From an uncultured Spartobacteria bacterium (GTDB lineage Bacteria; Verrucomicrobiota; Verrucomicrobiia; Chthoniobacterales; JAATET01), in the NCBI GenBank assembly GCA_937901895.1, contig CALGTD010000138.1:39688-103687 (forward strand): a stretch of 64,000 nt of DNA, in the 5' to 3' direction. Position numbers and translations under genes: made by a program. This document shows positions 38,371 through 46,827 of the stretch, piece by piece (positions within the stretch are counted from its first letter, which is position 1; the number at the start of each line of letters is the position of its first letter). Under the pieces are notes generated by a model. It had not been told where the DNA came from, did no database searches, and saw only the letters and a program-made list of their open reading frames with translations.

Positions 38371-38985
38371 ATGCAAGCACTGATTGACCAGGCCCTGTTC
38401 GCCCCGACGCTGCCATTTACGGTGCTGCTTGCCGCACTGGCGCTTTACTGGATCGGTGCGGCGTTCGGCTTCGTTTTCAGCGAGGACGAAATGTTCGACG
38501 CCTCGGACACCGACGGCGCATGGGCTTCGTTTCTTTCGTTCCTGAATGTCGGCGAGGTTCCGGTGATGATCGTCATCACGGTCCTCACGCTTTCCACGTG
38601 GGTGCTCAGCATCCTTGGGAACGAGTTTCTCGCGGGCGGCTCGCTGGCATTGGGGTTCGTGCTGCTCGTTCCGGCGTTCGCGGTTAGCTGCGTGATCACC
38701 CGGTTCACGACCGCGCCGTTCAAGAAGGTGCTGCGCCTGCTCAACAACGAGGGGGAGGCTCCCATGCAGCTCATCGGCAAGGTCGCCAAAGTGACCACCG
38801 CATCCGTTACCGACCGATACGGGCAGGCGGCTGTGGAGACCGGCGGAGCGCCCGTGATTGTGCAGGTGCGTGTCGCCGCCGGCGAATCACTGGCCCGTGG
38901 CGACAGCGCGCTCATCGTCGCAGAGAACGCCGCGACCGGAACTTTTACCGTCCGAAAAGTCAGCAACCAACAACTGGAGAACTAA
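38371..38985 (+). CDS. YqiJ/NfeD-like membrane protein (TM helices plus a C-terminal OB-fold), 204 aa
   Basis: A strong SD (GGAGGA, 38360-38365) precedes it. About 4 TM helices are followed by a soluble beta-rich C-domain (LIGKVAKVTTASVTDRYGQAAVETGGAPVIVQVRVAAGESLARGDSALIV). It ends 3 nt upstream of a flotillin gene, as in yqiJK. Confidence 0.75.
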   Translation: MQALIDQALFAPTLPFTVLLAALALYWIGAAFGFVFSEDEMFDASDTDGAWASFLSFLNVGEVPVMIVITVLTLSTWVLSILGNEFLAGGSLALGFVLLVPAFAVSCVITRFTTAPFKKVLRLLNNEGEAPMQLIGKVAKVTTASVTDRYGQAAVETGGAPVIVQVRVAAGESLARGDSALIVAENAATGTFTVRKVSNQQLEN

Positions 38986-38988
38986 ACC

Positions 38989-40995
38989 ATGGAACTCATC
39001 ACACCACTTGCACTGCTGATCGGGATCATTGCGGTCCTGATCCTGCTGGGCTTCCTCGTCATGATCGTTCGCTGCTACCGCAAGGTGGACCAGGGACAGG
39101 CGCTCGTGCGCAACGGCCTCGGCGGCACGAAGGTGTCGTTTTCCGGCATCGTCGTGCTTCCTGTCATCCACAAGGCGGAATTCATGGACATTTCCGTCAA
39201 GCGGGTGGAGATCGATCGCGCCGGCGTGAACGGTCTGATCTGCCGGGACAACATGCGCGCCGACATCAAAGTCGCATTCTTCGTGCGGGTGAATCAGACC
39301 GCGCAGGATGTGTTGAAGGTCGCGCAGTCGATCGGATGCACGAGGGCGTCGAGCCAGGGCGCCATCGTCGATCTGTTCGATGCGAAGTTTTCCGAGGCGC
39401 TGAAAACCGTCGGGCGGCAGTTCGATTTCGTCGAGCTCTACAACTCCCGCGAGAAACTCAAGGACGACATCATCCAGCTCATCGGCACGGATTTGAACGG
39501 ATTCGTGCTCGAGGATGTTGCGATCGATTACCTCGAGCAGACGCCGCTCAATCTTCTCAATCCCGACAACATTCTCGACGCGGAGGGCATCAAGAAGATC
39601 ACCCAGCTCACCGCGTCGCAGAAGGTGCTCGCGAACCAGATCGACCGCGAGCGGGAGAAGACGATCAAGAAACAGGACGTCGAGGCCCGCGAGGCCATTC
39701 TCGAGCTCGAGCGGCAGCAGGCCGAGGCGGAGGAAAAGCAGAGGCGCGAGGTCGCAGCCGTGGCGGCGCGCGAGCAGGCCGAGGCGAAGAGAGTGCAGGC
39801 GGAGAATCTGCTCAAGAGCGAAGCCGCCCGCATCCGGGCCGAGGAGGAAATCGCGATCGCCGAGGAAAACAAGAACCGGCAGATCATCGTTGCCCGCAAG
39901 AACAAGGAACGCACCGATGCCATCGAGACCGAGCGCGTCGAGCGGGACCGGCTCATCGAGGTCACTGAGCGCGAGCGCATCGTCGAACTTGCGACGATCG
40001 AGAAGAACAAGGCGATCGAGGTCGAGCAGAAGGCGATTCAGGACGTGATTCGCGAGCGCCTTGTCGTCGAGAAATCGGCGGTTGAGGAGCGTGAGCGGAT
40101 CAAGGACACCGAGGCGGTCGCCGCCGCGGACCGCGAGAAAAAGGTGAAGATCACCGAGGCGGAGATGCAGGCCGAACAGGCGCTGGTGAAGGATATCAAG
40201 GCCGCCGAGGCCGCGAAACGGGCCGCGGAACTGCTGGCTGAGCAGGAGTTGTTCAGCCGCGTGAAGCAGGCGGAAGCCGAAAAGGAAGCCGCAGAGCTGC
40301 GGGCGCAGGAGATCCTCATCGCCGCTGAGGCGGAGCAGGCAGCCGCCGTCAAACAGGCCGAGGCGAAGAAATCGCTCGCCGAAGCGACGATCGCGGAGGT
40401 TGCAGCCACCGGACTTGGCGAAGCACAGATCATCCAGGCGAAGGCCGATGCCGAAGCGAAGGGCATTCAGGAGAAAGCGGAGGCCATGAAGGCGCTCGAT
40501 GGCGTGGGTCGCGAGCACGAGGAGTTCAAGCTCCGCCTCAACAAGGAGAAGGAGATCGAGCTGGCGGGAATCACGGTCCAGCGTGAAATCGCCGAGCAGC
40601 AGGCACGCGTCCTGGGCGAGGCGCTCAAGAGCGCGAAGATCGACATCGTTGGCGGCGAGGCCCAGTTCTTCGACAAGATCACGGGTGCGATCACCAATGC
40701 GAAGGTCGTGGACCGGCTTGTGCTGGGAAGCAACACGCTTTCCGACATCAAGGACACGTTCTTCACGGGCGATCCCGAGGACTTCCGCAAACGGCTCGCC
40801 GAGTGGTTCCAGCTCTTCGGAGTGTCGAGCGAGGACGTGAAGAACCTCACGATCGCCGCGGCGCTCGGAAAGCTGATCAGCGAAGCGGACGATGACCGCA
40901 GCCGTGGCGTGCTCGCGACGCTGCTCCATCGTGCAAAACTCGCGGGCGTATCCGAAAAGACGGTGGGCTCTTTGGGCGCACTGGCAGTGAATTAA
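38989..40995 (+). CDS. Flotillin-family SPFH/Band-7 protein (YqiK-like), 668 aa
   Basis: N-terminal TM helix, then an SPFH domain (VVLPVIHKAEFMDISVKRVEIDR...DIKVAFFVRVN). A very long Glu/Ala/Lys/Arg-rich coiled coil follows (EAREAILELERQQAEAEEKQRREVAAVAAREQAEAKR...), then a flotillin C-terminal region. Confidence 0.9.
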   Translation: MELITPLALLIGIIAVLILLGFLVMIVRCYRKVDQGQALVRNGLGGTKVSFSGIVVLPVIHKAEFMDISVKRVEIDRAGVNGLICRDNMRADIKVAFFVRVNQTAQDVLKVAQSIGCTRASSQGAIVDLFDAKFSEALKTVGRQFDFVELYNSREKLKDDIIQLIGTDLNGFVLEDVAIDYLEQTPLNLLNPDNILDAEGIKKITQLTASQKVLANQIDREREKTIKKQDVEAREAILELERQQAEAEEKQRREVAAVAAREQAEAKRVQAENLLKSEAARIRAEEEIAIAEENKNRQIIVARKNKERTDAIETERVERDRLIEVTERERIVELATIEKNKAIEVEQKAIQDVIRERLVVEKSAVEERERIKDTEAVAAADREKKVKITEAEMQAEQALVKDIKAAEAAKRAAELLAEQELFSRVKQAEAEKEAAELRAQEILIAAEAEQAAAVKQAEAKKSLAEATIAEVAATGLGEAQIIQAKADAEAKGIQEKAEAMKALDGVGREHEEFKLRLNKEKEIELAGITVQREIAEQQARVLGEALKSAKIDIVGGEAQFFDKITGAITNAKVVDRLVLGSNTLSDIKDTFFTGDPEDFRKRLAEWFQLFGVSSEDVKNLTIAAALGKLISEADDDRSRGVLATLLHRAKLAGVSEKTVGSLGALAVN

Positions 40996-41047
40996 TCCCG
41001 GCGCGGCGGGAGCGCTGCTTCCGCCGCGTTCTTCCAAGGATCGATCG

Positions 41048-44000
41048 ATGGAAAACAAACCACCGACAATCGAAGGCGGCACCTACGAGGTTTTGCGCGC
41101 CCGGCTCGACGAGCAGGCGCGTGACCTCCGGGAGCGGTTGGAGCGGCTGAACGACGCGCGGCAGGAGGTCTTCGGGACCATCGAAACCGCGCTTGTCGCG
41201 ACGGGGCGGATCTCCACCGAGAACAACTGCGTCCCTCGCGACATGGTCGCGATTCGCAAACGCCGGTCGCTGCTTGGCTACAATGTCCACATCGGCCTGC
41301 GCTCGGAGGTCCGGCTCGAGGATGTGTTTACCGCCTACCAGCGCGAGGGGGACGAGTTTCGGCCGATCCCGCTCGATTTCCTGAGGGATCCGGACTTCGA
41401 AGCCGACTTCCAGAGTCTTTTCAAATACTACAAGAACACCGTCTTCACGAAGTTCGCGTTCATTGGGCCGCACCTCTTTTTTGTTTTTCAGGTCGGCCAG
41501 CGCGTGACGGACGTGAAGACATTCAAGTGGCTCGTCGGGGAGGACGGCGCGTTCACATACCTCGGAAACCGCAGCGACCACGAGTTTGTCTTTCCGCCAC
41601 AGCACGAGTTCGAGTGGAAGCGCACGCATCGCGACCTGCATCGCGATGGGCTTCATCCACATATATCGATCGAGGACCGCGTGTTTGTCGAAACGATCGG
41701 CGGCGACCTCACGATCAAGGTTGAAGATAACACCGACACCGGCGCGGGCATCTACAGCGAGCCAGTTGAGCATGCCGATCAGACGCTCGACGATGCGGAG
41801 ATTTTCTACGCCGTCGTCGGCAATCTCGTTCTGCTGCGCATCCGTCCCTACCAGGAGAAGACCTGGCGGTATTTTGTATTCAACGAAAAGCTCCAGCACG
41901 TCCGGCGAATCGATGCGATCGAGCAGTCCTGTGTGCTGTTGCCGGACGGACACGGCATTATCTTCTCGCGCGGCTACTATTTGCAAAGCGGAGAGCTGAA
42001 ACTCTTCGACGCGAACTCGACCGACATGCTTTTCGAGCGGCGGATTGCCGCGCCGAACCGCGAGGATCACCTCTTCTGCTTCTACAATCGCGAGCGCGGC
42101 GACTACATCCTGATGCCCTACAACGTGATCACGCAGCGCGTGGACACGCCCATTCATTGCCAGGGTTTTTCCATCTTCGACAGCGGCGAACTTGCGCTCT
42201 TCAAGGGGGACTCGGAACCGCAGAAACATCACACCGTCCAGATCTGGCAGACGCCGTTCACCGGCTCGACGTTCCAGACTCCGGCGAAGACCGATTCGTT
42301 TCTCTTCAAAGTTGGCAACGGCGACATCGTCCGCTGCATGGCTGAGTGCCACGAGATTCTCGGGCTGATTGCGCGCGACGAACCCTATGCCGACCTCTAT
42401 GTGGACCTTCGCAAGAGGGCCGGCGACGTGCTCGACTCGTATTTCTGGTTGCGGGAGGAGGACGCCTTTCGGTTGGTCGAACCGCTCGCGGCGATCCGCG
42501 ATGCCGCGGATCGAACGATCGAGGAGTTCGACAAGGTGCTCGAGCTGCGTCGCACGGCGGCATCGAAACTGGAAGAAGTCGCAGGAAAGGCGCGCGCACT
42601 GACGGAGGGGATTGTTCCGGGGGAGTTGCAGGATATCGACGCCTACGTGCATGCGCTGGCCGGTCTGCGCACCGTTCGCGGTGAGCTGATTGCGCTCCGG
42701 GACGTCCGATACATCGATCTGGAACGGGTCGATACCGAGGAACAACTTGTCGCCGACTGCAGTGAGGAAGTGTCCAGGCTGTGCGTGGAGTTTCTTCTCG
42801 GTGATGCGGCGCTTTCCCCGTATCGCGAGCGCGTGAAGGCGCTGGAATGCCGGATCGATGAAATCTCCCGCGTCGTTGACGGGCGCGCGCTCGAAGAGGA
42901 GATGACCGTAGCCGGCGCGGACCTGAGCATGCTCATTGAGATCGTCGGCAATCTGCAGATCGACGATGCGACGGCGACGACGCGGATTATTGACGACATC
43001 TCCGCAATCTACGCGGCGCTGAACCAGAACCTCGCCCGCCTGCGCCAACGACTTGCCGGGCTGCGTCAGAGCGAGGGAGCGGCGCAGTTTGGAGCGCAGC
43101 TGAAGCTTGTCACCCAGGCCGTAACAAACCTGCTCGAGCGCTGCGACACACCGGAGAAGTGCGATGAAGCGCTCGGGCGCATGATGGTGCAGCTCGAGGA
43201 GCTGGAGACGCGTTTTGCGGAGGCGGCGGAGTTTCTCGAGCCACTGGCGGAGAAGCGCACGGAGGTCATCTCTGCGTTCGAGGCGAGAAAACTCGCGCTT
43301 TTGGAGGCGCGCAACCGGAAGGCGACCGCGCTGGCCGGGGTGGCCGACCGCATGCTGAAGGGAATTCAAACCCGGGTGGCGTCCATCGATGACGTCGCGG
43401 CCATCCACGGATTTTTCGCGTCCGATCTCATGGTCGACAAGCTGCGCGATGTCATTCAGCAGTTGCTCGATCTCGGCGATCCCGTGAAGGCCGATGATGC
43501 GCAGTCGCGATTGAAGACCCTGCGCGAGGAGGCCGTGCGTCAGCTCAAGGATCGAAAGGAGCTGTTCGTTGATGGTTCGGACGTCGTTGCGTTTGGTCCG
43601 CACCGGTTCAATGTGAACACGCAGCCGACCGATCTGACCGTGCTGCATCGGGACGACGGCCTGTTTCTGCATCTTTCCGGCACGCGCTTTTTCGAGCGGA
43701 TCGAGGATCCCGAACTTGATGAGCTTCGTCCCGTTTGGGACCTCGAGGTTGTTTCCGAATCGCACGACGTGTATCGCGCGGAGTGGCTCGCCTGCAAGCT
43801 GCTCAGAAGCCTTGAAGATGGCGGTCGGCTGGCGGAAGCCGCCCGGTGGAGTTCCGCGCAATGGCTCGATGAGGTGCGGAATTTCATGTCCCCGCGATAC
43901 GCCGAAGGTTATGTGCGGGGAATTCATGATGCGGACGCGGTCCGAATTCTGGAAGCGCTGGCGCCGATGCACCTGGCGGCCGGAACGGTGCGGCATCCTC

Positions 44001-46081
44001 CGTCCGCGCGGGTGCTCGGAATCATGGCCTGGGATCATTTCGACAATGCGGAGGAACGGGCGCTGCTGGAGGGACAACTGGCGAGCCATGGCGCGATGCG
44101 AGGTGTCTTCGAAACCGAGGCCCGCCCGGCGCCGTATCTCGCAAGGCTCGAGGGCGTCTGCCGGCGGGCAATCGAAAGCGGAGCGCCGTTCGACGAATCA
44201 CTGGTTTCCCCCGCGGCGGAATATTTGTTCGACGCGTTGAGTTCGGGAGAGGGATTCGCGTTCAGCCAGGACGCTTTCGAGGTGTTCCGCGCGTTCGAAG
44301 ATGATGTGCGGGAGCGGGGAGCCTTCGACCGGTTTGTGGAGCTTCGAAAGGCGGTGGAGACCAATCCGTGGCGCCACTTCGAGATGCTTCGCGATTGGAT
44401 GAGCGGGTTTCTGCGCCGCAGCGACAGGGACGGGACGTTTTGTGACGAGGCAGTCTTCCTGCTGAAGCGCGGCGCGCATCACCAGCATCGCGTGGTCGAT
44501 GTTGAGCTGCGTGTGGATCTCACCGGCATGCTCGGCCAGCATCCTCGCCTCCGGAACGGCGCCTATGTGCTGGATTACCTGGATTTCACGGACCGTCTCG
44601 AGCGTCACGAGCGTGTCACGGCACCCGCCTTCGAGCGGTTTCAGGCGATCAAACGCCGTCTCTCCGAAGTGGGAGCCAGTCGCCTGCGGGTCGAGGAGCT
44701 TCGTCCGAAGGTGCTGACATCGTTTGTCCGGAACCGCCTTGTGGATGAGGTCTTTTTGCCGCTCGTCGGCGCAAACCTCGCGAAGCAGATGGGCACCGCG
44801 GGCGCGAATACGCGCACGGATCGCATGGGTCTGCTGCTGTTGATTTCACCTCCCGGCTACGGCAAGACGACGCTTATGGAATATGTCGCGAGCCGGCTCG
44901 GGCTCGTGTTCATGAAGATCAATGGTCCGTCGCTCGGCGCCGGCGTCACCTCGCTGGATCCCTCGCATGCTCCGAATGCTGCGGCGCGCGAGGAGATCGA
45001 GAAACTGAATCTCGCATTCGAGATGGGCGACAATGTGATGATCTATGTGGACGACATCCAGCATTGTCATCCCGAGTTCCTGCAGAAGTTCATTTCGCTC
45101 TGCGACGGCCAGCGGCGGATCGAGGGTGTCTATCGCGGACAGGCGCGCACCTACGACCTGCGCGGGCGGAAGGTCGCCGTGGTCATGGCGGGAAATCCCT
45201 ACACGGAAAGCGGCGAGAAGTTCCGGATTCCCGACATGCTCGCGAACCGGGCCGATACCTACAATCTCGGCGACATCGCTGTGGGCGCGCACTTCGAAGC
45301 GTTCCGCCTGAGCTACCTTGAGAATGCGCTCACGTCGAACGCGGTGCTGAACCCTCTCGCCGCGCGCGGGCGCAAGGACATCCTTGGCGTCATTCGAATT
45401 GCGGAGACCGGTGGCCGCGATGGCGTCGAGCTTGAAGGCAATTACACCGCTCGGGAACTCGAAGACATGGTTTCCGTCGTGAAGAAGCTCGGCCGCATCC
45501 GCGACGTGATCCTGAAGGTGAATGCGGAATACATCCGCTCCGCCGCGCAGGCCGATGCCTACCGCACCGAGCCGCCGTTCCGCCTGCAGGGATCGTATCG
45601 CAACATGAACCGCATGGCCGAGAAGGTCGTGCCGGTGATGAACGACGAAGAACTCGAAGCGCTCGTGATGGACCACTACCGCAACGAGGCCCAGACGCTC
45701 ACGACGGGTGCCGAGGCGAACCTGCTCAAGCTGCGGGAACTTCTCGAAAAACTCACTCCGGAGGAGGCGGCGCGATGGGAGGAAATTCGGAAGACCTTTC
45801 GTCGCAACCTGCTGGTGGCGGGGACGGAAGGGGATGACCCGATTGCGCAGGTTGTCCGGCAGCTCGTGGCGTTTAATGTCGGGCTGGAAGGGATCAAGGA
45901 CGTTATCGGGAGCATGGCCGCGAAGCCGGAACGCCCGCCCGCGGGATCCGATCCGGGGATCGATCTCACGAAGGTCGCGATCTCGCGCGAGACCTTGCAG
46001 AAGATCTGGGAGCTCATCGAGCAGGACAAGATTCGGGCGAACAAGGGCGACACGTTGCAGGTGAAGATTCCGGAGGAGTAG
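41048..46081 (+). CDS. Giant (1,677 aa) protein with a single MoxR/AAA_5-like AAA+ ATPase module near the C-terminus; function unknown
   Basis: Walker A SPPGYGKTT is at 44846-44872 and Walker B VMIYVDDIQH at 45035-45064. An AAA_5-like sensor region follows (VAVVMAGNPYTESGEKFRIPDMLANRADTYNLGD). The N-terminal ~450 aa are beta-rich, and aa ~470-1000 are long helical/coiled-coil segments. No TM helix or signal peptide was seen. Confidence 0.85.
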   Translation: MENKPPTIEGGTYEVLRARLDEQARDLRERLERLNDARQEVFGTIETALVATGRISTENNCVPRDMVAIRKRRSLLGYNVHIGLRSEVRLEDVFTAYQREGDEFRPIPLDFLRDPDFEADFQSLFKYYKNTVFTKFAFIGPHLFFVFQVGQRVTDVKTFKWLVGEDGAFTYLGNRSDHEFVFPPQHEFEWKRTHRDLHRDGLHPHISIEDRVFVETIGGDLTIKVEDNTDTGAGIYSEPVEHADQTLDDAEIFYAVVGNLVLLRIRPYQEKTWRYFVFNEKLQHVRRIDAIEQSCVLLPDGHGIIFSRGYYLQSGELKLFDANSTDMLFERRIAAPNREDHLFCFYNRERGDYILMPYNVITQRVDTPIHCQGFSIFDSGELALFKGDSEPQKHHTVQIWQTPFTGSTFQTPAKTDSFLFKVGNGDIVRCMAECHEILGLIARDEPYADLYVDLRKRAGDVLDSYFWLREEDAFRLVEPLAAIRDAADRTIEEFDKVLELRRTAASKLEEVAGKARALTEGIVPGELQDIDAYVHALAGLRTVRGELIALRDVRYIDLERVDTEEQLVADCSEEVSRLCVEFLLGDAALSPYRERVKALECRIDEISRVVDGRALEEEMTVAGADLSMLIEIVGNLQIDDATATTRIIDDISAIYAALNQNLARLRQRLAGLRQSEGAAQFGAQLKLVTQAVTNLLERCDTPEKCDEALGRMMVQLEELETRFAEAAEFLEPLAEKRTEVISAFEARKLALLEARNRKATALAGVADRMLKGIQTRVASIDDVAAIHGFFASDLMVDKLRDVIQQLLDLGDPVKADDAQSRLKTLREEAVRQLKDRKELFVDGSDVVAFGPHRFNVNTQPTDLTVLHRDDGLFLHLSGTRFFERIEDPELDELRPVWDLEVVSESHDVYRAEWLACKLLRSLEDGGRLAEAARWSSAQWLDEVRNFMSPRYAEGYVRGIHDADAVRILEALAPMHLAAGTVRHPPSARVLGIMAWDHFDNAEERALLEGQLASHGAMRGVFETEARPAPYLARLEGVCRRAIESGAPFDESLVSPAAEYLFDALSSGEGFAFSQDAFEVFRAFEDDVRERGAFDRFVELRKAVETNPWRHFEMLRDWMSGFLRRSDRDGTFCDEAVFLLKRGAHHQHRVVDVELRVDLTGMLGQHPRLRNGAYVLDYLDFTDRLERHERVTAPAFERFQAIKRRLSEVGASRLRVEELRPKVLTSFVRNRLVDEVFLPLVGANLAKQMGTAGANTRTDRMGLLLLISPPGYGKTTLMEYVASRLGLVFMKINGPSLGAGVTSLDPSHAPNAAAREEIEKLNLAFEMGDNVMIYVDDIQHCHPEFLQKFISLCDGQRRIEGVYRGQARTYDLRGRKVAVVMAGNPYTESGEKFRIPDMLANRADTYNLGDIAVGAHFEAFRLSYLENALTSNAVLNPLAARGRKDILGVIRIAETGGRDGVELEGNYTARELEDMVSVVKKLGRIRDVILKVNAEYIRSAAQADAYRTEPPFRLQGSYRNMNRMAEKVVPVMNDEELEALVMDHYRNEAQTLTTGAEANLLKLRELLEKLTPEEAARWEEIRKTFRRNLLVAGTEGDDPIAQVVRQLVAFNVGLEGIKDVIGSMAAKPERPPAGSDPGIDLTKVAISRETLQKIWELIEQDKIRANKGDTLQVKIPEE

Positions 46082-46159
46082 ACACCGACAGGCCCGCGGG
46101 ACCTTCCGGGTGGGCTTTGACGGCTTGATGGAGGAATGCGGCCCTGCCATGGTGCGGCC

Positions 46160-46624
46160 ATGAAGCGCCTGTTCCTCTCCGTTGCTTTGGTCGTCGTCGC
46201 CATCGTCGCAACCGGCTGTCTTGCATCTCCGGTTTCGAGTTCGGGAGGCTTCGGCGCGGTGACGGTCACCAACACGAATGTCGACGCGATCAATGCGGCG
46301 GCACAGGCGGTCTTCGCTGAATACGGCTATCAACCCGGACCGATGAACTATCCGGACTCCTTTTCCTTCGACAAGAAGGCGGGCGCCTTTGGACAGCTCA
46401 TGTATGCGAGCTACAACGACCCGACTTCCTACCGCGTCACGCTCTTCACGACGCAGCTTCCCGGCACGAACGATTTCCGCCTGAGCACACGCGTCGCGCG
46501 CGTTTCGGACGCCGGCGAAGCGGGATTCGAGGATACGACCCGCATGTCGGGACTGTGGTCCGCGGAATTTGGTCCGATCCTGAAGAAGATTGCCGCCCAG
46601 GCACAGGGCGCTGGTGGCATTTGA
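46160..46624 (+). CDS. Lipoprotein of unknown function (154 aa)
   Basis: Trimmed to the ATG at 46160 (MKRLFLSVALVVVAIVATGC, a lipobox). It is co-directional with and immediately downstream of the giant ATPase. Confidence 0.65.
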   Translation: MKRLFLSVALVVVAIVATGCLASPVSSSGGFGAVTVTNTNVDAINAAAQAVFAEYGYQPGPMNYPDSFSFDKKAGAFGQLMYASYNDPTSYRVTLFTTQLPGTNDFRLSTRVARVSDAGEAGFEDTTRMSGLWSAEFGPILKKIAAQAQGAGGI

Positions 46625-46633
46625 TCCCGCAGG

Positions 46634-46650
46634 GCGCCCCGGCGGGGCGC
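46634..46650 (+). terminator. GC-rich hairpin after the lipoprotein gene (possible terminator, no U-tract)
   Basis: GCGCCCC (46634-46640), ggc, GGGGCGC (46644-50). The 7-bp stem starts 10 nt after the stop codon. Confidence 0.3.
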
Positions 46651-46827
46651 GACTCCCGGACGTCGGAGCTACAGGCCTGGAGCTAAGGTCGTGTCCGGCC
46701 ATTTCTGCGCGGCATTCGGCGGGCACATTCCGGAGCCATGATCGTTGCGTCATCGCACCGGTGAAGGACGCGCAATGAATGGCGGAGGGCGTTGTCAAAG
46801 GGTGCGGACTTGATTAAACGCAACCGC

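Noticed and set aside
38887-44089. 731-aa (38887..41082) and 1070-aa (40877..44089) minus-strand ORFs opposite the flotillin and giant ATPase genes. 44846..46798 is a similar case.
   Set aside because: They are antisense shadows with low-complexity Arg/Leu/Asp-rich translations. The plus-strand frames carry clear SPFH and Walker A/B motifs.
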